From NCBI GenBank assembly GCA_963666985.2, contig CAXXIA010000002.1, positions 640,001-704,000 of the forward strand: a stretch of DNA of 64,000 bases. Direction: 5' to 3'. The position numbers and the translations under genes are program-made. Of this stretch, positions 57,592 through 64,000 are shown piece after piece. How positions within the stretch are numbered: position 1 is the first letter of the stretch; each line of letters begins with the position of its first letter. The notes beneath the pieces are model-generated. The model was not told where the DNA came from. It saw nothing but the letters and a program-made list of their open reading frames with translations, and did no database searches. The DNA is from Spirochaetia bacterium. GTDB taxonomy: Bacteria; Spirochaetota; Spirochaetia; DSM-2461.

Positions 57592-60500
57592 TTATGAATC
57601 CGCGTTCTCTCGTCTTAATCCCGCGGGTTCCAGAAGCCGGCGCCGGTAATGAGAAAAGACGCGGCCGTTCGCGGCATCAACGGCGTTCAACAAATCATCC
57701 GCGCCCGATCCCGGGCCGAGCGTACGGATGGCGATGGGCTCCAGCCGCTCGGCGCCGGAGGGAAGATGATGAACCTGCCGGTCGTCGAAAATCTGAAGCA
57801 GATGTTCGATGCGCCGAAGCAGAATGTAATCCGCGGCCAGTTCTTCCCGGGCATCATCCTCCAAAAGACCCGCCTCCGCCAGCCGCCCAAGCGCTTCCAG
57901 CGTATTGCCCGTCTTCAGTTCCGGATGCTCCGGCAGATACTTCAGCTGCAGCCCCTGAACCAGGAATTCAATGTCTCTGATGCCCCCATGCCCGTCCTTG
58001 ATATCCTTTTCACCGGCTCTTAAAGGTGATGTGCATCGATCGATCGCGGCGCGGCGGTTCTTCTCAATGGCCTCGGCTATGAGGAAAAAGTCGACGGGAC
58101 GGGAGAAAACCGCTCCCGCGCGGGATAAAAATTCCTCTCCGAGTTCCCGGTCTCCGGCCACGGGGCGAAGTTTCAGAAAGGCTTGGATTTCCCATTGGGC
58201 GGCATGTTCCTCGTAATAACGCACCATGGCGTCCATCCTCTGAACCAACTCTCCGCTCCGTCCCCAAGGGCGAAGCCGCATGTCCACACGGTATCCCGCT
58301 CCCTCGGAGGTTGCGACCGAAAGGTCGCTTCGGAGTGCTTCCTGAATCCCGCGGCGCTTTAGCGGTTCTTCGGCCAAGCCGAGGATATCGATATCCGAAC
58401 TGTAATTCAGTTCGCGTCCTCCGAGTTTTCCAAAAGCCAGAACGCAGTATCCTTCGGGCCCCTGTTCCGCTTCTCGGAGAATGCGTTTCAGCGCCGCTTC
58501 GATAACGGCTTCGGCAAGATTCGCCAATTCACCGGTAATCTCTCCGAGAGGTGTTTTCAAGGCAAGATCGCGCGTTCCGATACGCAGGATTTCCTGTCGG
58601 CGGTAAGCGCGCAGGGCGTTCCGCCACGCTTCGCGGTCGCGGCTTCGCCCGTCGAGCTCGGCAAGCGATTCCAAATGGGACTCGACCGATCTGGAGCGGG
58701 ACAGAAGCACGGGATCGGTGGCGCGATCGAAAAGGGAAGGATTGCGAATCAGACTGTCGGCAAGAAACTGACTGCCCGCAAGAAGCTTATGGAGGATTTC
58801 CAGCCTCGTCGGCTGCGCGAGCAGCTCATCATAATGATCCTCCGGATCATCCAGGTTCGCCACCAGCCGCTCCCAATTATTCAGCGCCATATCGGAATCG
58901 GCGGATTGATAAGTGGTGTCGGTGGCAAGAACCATCAGTCTGGCGAATCTGCGTCGGCGTCTCCCGTCTCCCGCCAGGGCGGCCAGATTCGTCCGGGCGC
59001 GGCGTGTGTCCCTGAATCCCGATCGGGAGAGAATCTCGTTCGCCCGTTCTTCGGGAATGTCCGGAGAAAGCACGAGATCCGCGATGTTTCCCGCGGCGGG
59101 CCCGGGAAGGGATTCCCGCCCGAGAGCGGTTTCGACGAAAGTCCGCACCTGTGCCGTTCGTGTTTCGAATTCCAAGCGGAGCTTTCGTTCGGGAGTCAAA
59201 TCACCTCCGTCCCGATACCCCATGCGCCGGGCCAAATGACGGTATTCCTCACTGAAGGGCTCGGGAAGATCCAGATCCTTCGCGGAGCCGCGAAGCATCC
59301 GCAGGGCGTTGATAAGATTCCTTAAGAAGTCGTAGGCTTCGCTCAGCTGGGAAGCTTCTTCGCTCGTCAGAACCGAAGATCGGCCCAGGACGGAAAGAGC
59401 CTCGTGAACGCTGGGCGTTCGAAGCGACACGTCCGATTTCCCGTGCTCAGCCTGAAGGATTTGAACCGTCGATTCCAAATCCACCAGAGCGCCGATGGAA
59501 AACTTCGCGTTAACGCGCCCCGGCCGTGTTTTATCCGCAAGCTGCCGCCGCCGCAGTTCCGTCAATTCAGCCCTGTCAAGACTTCCTTCCGTGTAAATGA
59601 TGTCGTCTCGTATCCGCTCAACCCGGGCGCCGAGCTGCGCATCTCCGCCGATGCGCCGAAGCCTGACGAGCGCCAGCTTTTCCAAACTCGCCGCTTCCCC
59701 GTCCGCCGCATAGTAAGAACAGAATGCCTCAAGAGATGTCGCCAGGATACCGGATTTCCCGTAGGGTCTCAGCCGCAGATCAACCTGGAAGATTCCTTCT
59801 CTTTTGGCGTCTATCAGAGAGACTCCGTCCCGAAGCAGTCTTTCGAAATAATCGGCGTTGGTGGTTGGGGTTTCTCCGTCGGTACCGCCGCTGTCGGAAT
59901 ACACAAAAAGAAGCTCGATATCGGAAGCGTATCCGAGAGCGGAACCTCCGAGTTTGCCGAGTCCGAAAATCGCCCACGTCGCCTCAATTCCCGCGGCCCC
60001 CCGAGGCCGGCCGTACCGTTCGATCTGGCGTTCCTCCGAAATCCCCATGGCCGCCCTCACCACGACGTCCGCCAAGGATGAAAGTCCTCGGCTCATGCGG
60101 CGAAAATCGAAGCCGTCCACCAGAATATGATCAAGGTCCACGCGAAAGATTTCCTTGTCCTTGAAGGCGTTCAGGACGCGCTTTTTCTCCTCCCATCCCG
60201 AAACGTTCTCCAGTTCCTTCTTCAGACGATTTTCCAGCTCTTCTCCGGCCTTGCTGAACGACCGATGCCCGATATGGGGTTTGAGCATCGGAAGAAGCGT
60301 TTCGTACTGACACCGTATGAAATCCTCCCAGAGGAAATCGCTGGCGCCGAGAAGAGCGGCCAAATCACGCATAACCAGAGGGTTTCCCAGAAGATCGAGC
60401 CAGCGGTTTCCGGAACCTTGTTCAATCACATCGCGCACCAGAATCTCAAAGCGTTCCAGAGCCGCCAGAGGGTCGGGAGATTCAGCGAGGAAATACGTGA

Positions 60501-61356
60501 ACTGTTTGGTCAGCAATACCGCCATCTTTACGCGGTCAAGGCGGTCCGCGTCGTTAATCCGGGCCCCGGCATCGTCCGTGAAATCAATCGTATCCTCAAT
60601 CCGGCCTTCAAGAGTTCTGATGGCGACACGTTCGATGGAGATTCCTTCGAGCGCCATTGCCGTTCCCAGCGCATAAAGGAAAAAGGGCGTGTCCTCGGCC
60701 AGAACCGTCATACGATTCATATCCTCGGGACTTTCTTCCATTACAAGTTCCACCGGCTGCAGATATCCCGAAGCCACGGCGGAATCCTTTTCAATGGCTT
60801 CGGCCACCCACCGCTGTACCTTGGCTCGAGCTTTACGGCGTCCGTCCTTATCACCGGGACCGAGCAGCAGGCCGATCTGAGCGAATTTTTTTTCAACTTC
60901 CCGAAACCATCGATCGCCGCTTTCGCCGCTCTCAAGCCGGCCGTGAAACACATCGACAACCACACGGTTGCGTCTTGCCTTCTCCCTGGAACCGCCGCTG
61001 CGGCGGCGATTTCCGGCGGTTCCGCCGCTTTCTTTTGCGGCCGGCGATCGTACCGTAAAGGCATCGCCGCTTAAAATATTGAACCCCGAAACCGCGAGAA
61101 TGCCGGAAATCAGGGAAAACAGTCCTCCGGCGTTCCAGGTTACCACCGATAACGTCGGCTCCAAGCCGCCCTCGTAATACAGAGAAAAGGGAGAATCGGC
61201 CGTAAGAGACGAAGCGCCTTCCAGATGCCGCATCAAAAATTCGTCGCCGTAGCTGTCGAACCAGCGGTCGTCCATCCCCTCCGCGAATGCGGCGGCAACG
61301 GATTCGGAAACGGCGGGACGGGAACGTGCGGCGGGAATGAGTTCTTCACGGGTCAT
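57592..61356 (-). CDS. glnE: Glutamine synthetase adenylyltransferase/adenylyl-removing enzyme with N-terminal ACT-like domains
   Basis: Two nucleotidyltransferase modules: GKLGG.ALGYASDIE...VDLRLRPYG and GKLGGRELNYSSDID...VDMRLRPWG. Also GGIRDIEF. Adjacent to glnA. Confidence 0.9.
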   Translation of the reverse strand: MTREELIPAARSRPAVSESVAAAFAEGMDDRWFDSYGDEFLMRHLEGASSLTADSPFSLYYEGGLEPTLSVVTWNAGGLFSLISGILAVSGFNILSGDAFTVRSPAAKESGGTAGNRRRSGGSREKARRNRVVVDVFHGRLESGESGDRWFREVEKKFAQIGLLLGPGDKDGRRKARAKVQRWVAEAIEKDSAVASGYLQPVELVMEESPEDMNRMTVLAEDTPFFLYALGTAMALEGISIERVAIRTLEGRIEDTIDFTDDAGARINDADRLDRVKMAVLLTKQFTYFLAESPDPLAALERFEILVRDVIEQGSGNRWLDLLGNPLVMRDLAALLGASDFLWEDFIRCQYETLLPMLKPHIGHRSFSKAGEELENRLKKELENVSGWEEKKRVLNAFKDKEIFRVDLDHILVDGFDFRRMSRGLSSLADVVVRAAMGISEERQIERYGRPRGAAGIEATWAIFGLGKLGGSALGYASDIELLFVYSDSGGTDGETPTTNADYFERLLRDGVSLIDAKREGIFQVDLRLRPYGKSGILATSLEAFCSYYAADGEAASLEKLALVRLRRIGGDAQLGARVERIRDDIIYTEGSLDRAELTELRRRQLADKTRPGRVNAKFSIGALVDLESTVQILQAEHGKSDVSLRTPSVHEALSVLGRSSVLTSEEASQLSEAYDFLRNLINALRMLRGSAKDLDLPEPFSEEYRHLARRMGYRDGGDLTPERKLRLEFETRTAQVRTFVETALGRESLPGPAAGNIADLVLSPDIPEERANEILSRSGFRDTRRARTNLAALAGDGRRRRRFARLMVLATDTTYQSADSDMALNNWERLVANLDDPEDHYDELLAQPTRLEILHKLLAGSQFLADSLIRNPSLFDRATDPVLLSRSRSVESHLESLAELDGRSRDREAWRNALRAYRRQEILRIGTRDLALKTPLGEITGELANLAEAVIEAALKRILREAEQGPEGYCVLAFGKLGGRELNYSSDIDILGLAEEPLKRRGIQEALRSDLSVATSEGAGYRVDMRLRPWGRSGELVQRMDAMVRYYEEHAAQWEIQAFLKLRPVAGDRELGEEFLSRAGAVFSRPVDFFLIAEAIEKNRRAAIDRCTSPLRAGEKDIKDGHGGIRDIEFLVQGLQLKYLPEHPELKTGNTLEALGRLAEAGLLEDDAREELAADYILLRRIEHLLQIFDDRQVHHLPSGAERLEPIAIRTLGPGSGADDLLNAVDAANGRVFSHYRRRLLEPAGLRRENADS

Positions 61357-61424
61357 TAAGAATCATTATAGACCGCCGAAGGGATACGGAGGTAAAGATC
61401 CGCCGCCGATTTTGGGAAGTCTTT

Positions 61425-61462
61425 AAAAAAAGAAAAGGGGCCGCCCCTTAAGGACAGCCCCC
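61425..61462 (-). terminator. Intrinsic terminator of glnA
   Basis: Minus strand GGGGGCTGTCC-TTAA-GGGGCGGCCCC followed by TTTTCTTTTTTT. Confidence 0.8.
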
Positions 61463-61502
61463 GATCCGCTTTTTGAACACCAAGTGAGGTGTTGCGTATG
61501 AA

Positions 61503-61541
61503 GCGTGTTCGACAGTGCCGAACCGCGAGCCCACACAGCTG
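61503..61541 (-). repeat. Copy of the 47147 repeat unit in the glnA 3' UTR
   Basis: Minus strand CAGCTGTGTGGGCTCGCGGTTCGGCACTGTCGAACACGC versus CAGCTGTTGAGGCTCGCGATTCGCCGCTGTCGAACCGC at 47147. Confidence 0.65.
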
Positions 61542-61628
61542 AATTACTCAATAATTAAACGGGCCTAAACCGCTATTCGGCAACGCCGAATAGCGAACAG
61601 TTCAGAAATTTCCTGCCGATGAGACCTT

Positions 61629-63056
61629 CTAGATATCGTAGTACAGGGCGAATTCCCACGGATGGGGCCGGAGAGCCAGAGCGGCGACTTCGGCTTCCCT
61701 CTTGTAGGAAATCCAGGTTTCAATAACATCCGCCGTAAACACATCACCTTTCAGCAGGAACTCATGATCCGCTTCGAGAGCGCTCAGAGCTTCGGCAAGA
61801 GATGCCGGTGTGGTGGGAACCGCGGCCAGTTCTTCGGGCGGCAGATCGTAGATGTCCTTATCGAGCGGCTGGCCGGGATCGATCTTATTGACGATACCGT
61901 CGATGGCGGCCATGACCATGGCGGAGAAGCCCAAATAGGGGTTGGAGCTGGCATCGGGACAGCGGAACTCGAACCTCTTGGCTTTCTCGGACTGGGAGTA
62001 CATCGGAATACGGACGGCGGCGGAACGGTTCCGGCTGGAGTAAGCCAGGTTCACCGGGGCTTCGAAACCGGGCACCAAACGCTTGTAGCTGTTGGTGGTG
62101 GGGTTGGTAAAAGCCAGAATGGCCGGAGCGTGCTTCAAAATACCGCCGATGGCATAAAGGGCGATCTGGCTCATGCCCGCGTACTGATCACCGGCAAAAA
62201 GGTTTTTGCCGTTCTTCCAGAAGGACATGTGGCAGTGCATGCCCGAACCGTTGTCGTTCCAGAGCGGCTTGGGCATGAAGGTGACCGTCTTGCCGGCGGC
62301 TCTGGCGGCGTTCTTGATGACATACTTGTACTTCAGCAGGTTATCGGCCATATCCACCAGTTCGCCGAAGCGCATGTCGATTTCACACTGACCGCCGGTG
62401 GCGACTTCATGATGCTGGGCTTCAATGGCAATTCCGAGGCTTTCGAGAATAAGGGTCATCTCGCTCCGAAGATCCTGGAGGCTGTCCGTCGGCGGTACGG
62501 GGAAGTAGCCTTCCTTGTACCGGGGCTTATAAGCGAGGTTCGGCTTCTCATCCCTACCGGTGTTCCAGCGGCCTTCCGATGAATCCACATGGTAGTAGCC
62601 TTCATGCTCGTTCTGATCGAAGCGCACGTCGTCGAAAATAAAGAACTCGGCCTCGGGACCGAAATAAGCGATGTCGGCAAGGCCGGTGCTCTTCAGGTAA
62701 GCCACCGTCTTGCGGGCGATGTTCCGGGGATCCCTTGTGTAATCCTCGCCGGTAATCGGATCGCAGATGTTGCAGATCAGGTTCAGTGTTTTGTGCTGAG
62801 TGAACGGATCCAGGAACGCCGTATCGGCAACGGGCTTCACCAGCATGTCGGACTCATTGATGGCCTGCCATCCGCGAATGGAGGAACCGTCGAATCCGAG
62901 ACCTTCTTCGAACATGTCGATGTCGAATTCCCGGGACGGTATGGAAAAGTGCTGCCACAGTCCGGGAAAGTCCATAAAACGAAAATCGACGATCTGAACC
63001 CCTTCTTTCTTGACGAGGTCCATCACGTCCTGAGGTGTTTTACAAAGTGTACTCAT
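61629..63056 (-). CDS. glnA: Glutamine synthetase type I (adenylylatable)
   Basis: FDGSSI, GPEAEFF, HHEVA, TFMPKP..DNGSGMH, NRSA..RIP and the adenylylation Tyr in DKDIYDLP. Confidence 0.98.
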   Translation of the reverse strand: MSTLCKTPQDVMDLVKKEGVQIVDFRFMDFPGLWQHFSIPSREFDIDMFEEGLGFDGSSIRGWQAINESDMLVKPVADTAFLDPFTQHKTLNLICNICDPITGEDYTRDPRNIARKTVAYLKSTGLADIAYFGPEAEFFIFDDVRFDQNEHEGYYHVDSSEGRWNTGRDEKPNLAYKPRYKEGYFPVPPTDSLQDLRSEMTLILESLGIAIEAQHHEVATGGQCEIDMRFGELVDMADNLLKYKYVIKNAARAAGKTVTFMPKPLWNDNGSGMHCHMSFWKNGKNLFAGDQYAGMSQIALYAIGGILKHAPAILAFTNPTTNSYKRLVPGFEAPVNLAYSSRNRSAAVRIPMYSQSEKAKRFEFRCPDASSNPYLGFSAMVMAAIDGIVNKIDPGQPLDKDIYDLPPEELAAVPTTPASLAEALSALEADHEFLLKGDVFTADVIETWISYKREAEVAALALRPHPWEFALYYDI

Positions 63057-63100
63057 TAAAAAATGATCTCCTTAGGCGATTTATTGTCTTTATATTTACT

Positions 63101-63117
63101 AGCAAGTTAGATGCCAA
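63101..63117 (-). promoter_or_regulatory. Sigma54 (-24/-12) promoter of glnA
   Basis: Minus strand TTGGCATCTAACTTGCT, near-consensus TGGCAY-N5-TTGC. Confidence 0.85.
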
Positions 63118-63533
63118 AAAAAGTGAAAAAAGCTAAATATCTATCCTGTAAAAGAATGATCAAGTTAAGTAACTGTTGCCGCACGAGGATATCGGCAAAT
63201 CCTACATTTATGTATATTTCAAAAGGGAAAAAACTACAATAGTGTTCTTTCCGAAACCGCGGAAGGCCGATATTCTTCGATCGCCCGTGCCGCCAAACGA
63301 TTTCCATAAAATCTCTTCATTGAGGTGATTTCAAAAATCAGCGATTTTTGAAACAAAGCCCTTCCAAAGCGGGCTCTGAGGGATTTCGGCTGTCGGATTG
63401 AAGCGATTTCATGAATTATGAAATTGCCTCCGCTTAAAAAACGTATGGATATCACACTCCCGATCATGTAGATTATTGAGCATTAGTAAACAAAACCACT
63501 TTATGGGAACAAACCTCTAAAAAGGATCGGTCA

Positions 63534-63971
63534 ATGAAAAAAACAATCGCCATTTGGTTATTCCTTTCGACTCTCGTGATGATTCCGGCTCTCTGGAGTC
63601 AGGATAATCCGCAGCTTCTTTCCGCCGAAAACCTCCGAAGTCTGATGATTGGGAAATGGGACGTTAAGCACGTTGCTCTGGAAGGTACGGAAGAAGCGGA
63701 GAAGAACGGATTCGAGCTTTGGGACGAAAGAGCCGTATTTTACGATGACGGAGATTTCTTCAAAGCATGGGTAAACGCGAAAGGCGGCGGTGATTTTGTA
63801 TCATGGGAAATCACCGAGCCCTGTTATCAAGGACGGCCCTTTACCATCACGACGCCATACGGTACCTACGAGATACTCGTTATCGATAATGAAACCCTCC
63901 TCGTTTCGGATCTCTTCTCCGGAAAGGAACCGACGAAAATAGAAGTTTGGAAGAAGACGGACCCCAAATAG
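63534..63971 (+). CDS. Hypothetical secreted protein
   Basis: Signal peptide (…PALWS|QD), AAGGA RBS, predicted beta-rich, no recognised family. Confidence 0.7.
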   Translation: MKKTIAIWLFLSTLVMIPALWSQDNPQLLSAENLRSLMIGKWDVKHVALEGTEEAEKNGFELWDERAVFYDDGDFFKAWVNAKGGGDFVSWEITEPCYQGRPFTITTPYGTYEILVIDNETLLVSDLFSGKEPTKIEVWKKTDPK

Positions 63972-64000
63972 CACTTGATTCGCGGTACCTCATCTTCCGG

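Overview
A 64-kb chromosomal window of a GC-rich bacterium, probably a free-living Spirochaetia. This is inferred from the 'FANGEQD'-type solute-binding-protein signal and a spirochaete-like FliM-N peptide. No rRNA, tRNA, CRISPR array, integrase or transposase was seen. Housekeeping content: MoxR/DUF58, pdxST, rarD, Lrp + gcvT-H-PA-PB, arsC, livKHMGF, an attenuator-controlled leuA, purC, a dihydropyrimidinase and a beta-ureidopropionase-like hydrolase, glnA and glnE. Visibly AT-richer accessory blocks are interspersed: a 7TM-DISM kinase-receiver-LuxR fusion, a PAS kinase + HD-GYP pair, a LacI-regulated GH116 glycoside catabolic cluster and a 7TM-PAS-GGDEF cyclase. Main candidates for novelty: (1) a two-gene unit (6855-8488) encoding a membrane-less MotA cytoplasmic-domain mimic and a protein combining FliM-N-like CheY-binding peptides, a degenerate MotA-like segment and a FapA/DUF342-like domain, possibly a flagellar motor decoy or modulator; (2) a GH116 + SDR + lactonase + dehydratase + RraA-type aldolase + CE7 cluster that reads as a non-phosphorylative oxidative sugar pathway; (3) sigma54 promoters at glnA and livK sharing a tandem non-NtrC enhancer-like motif; (4) about ten genes with a leaderless promoter layout, including the leu leader peptide; (5) a dispersed family of short palindromic repeats. 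All family assignments come from motif recognition by eye; no searches were run.
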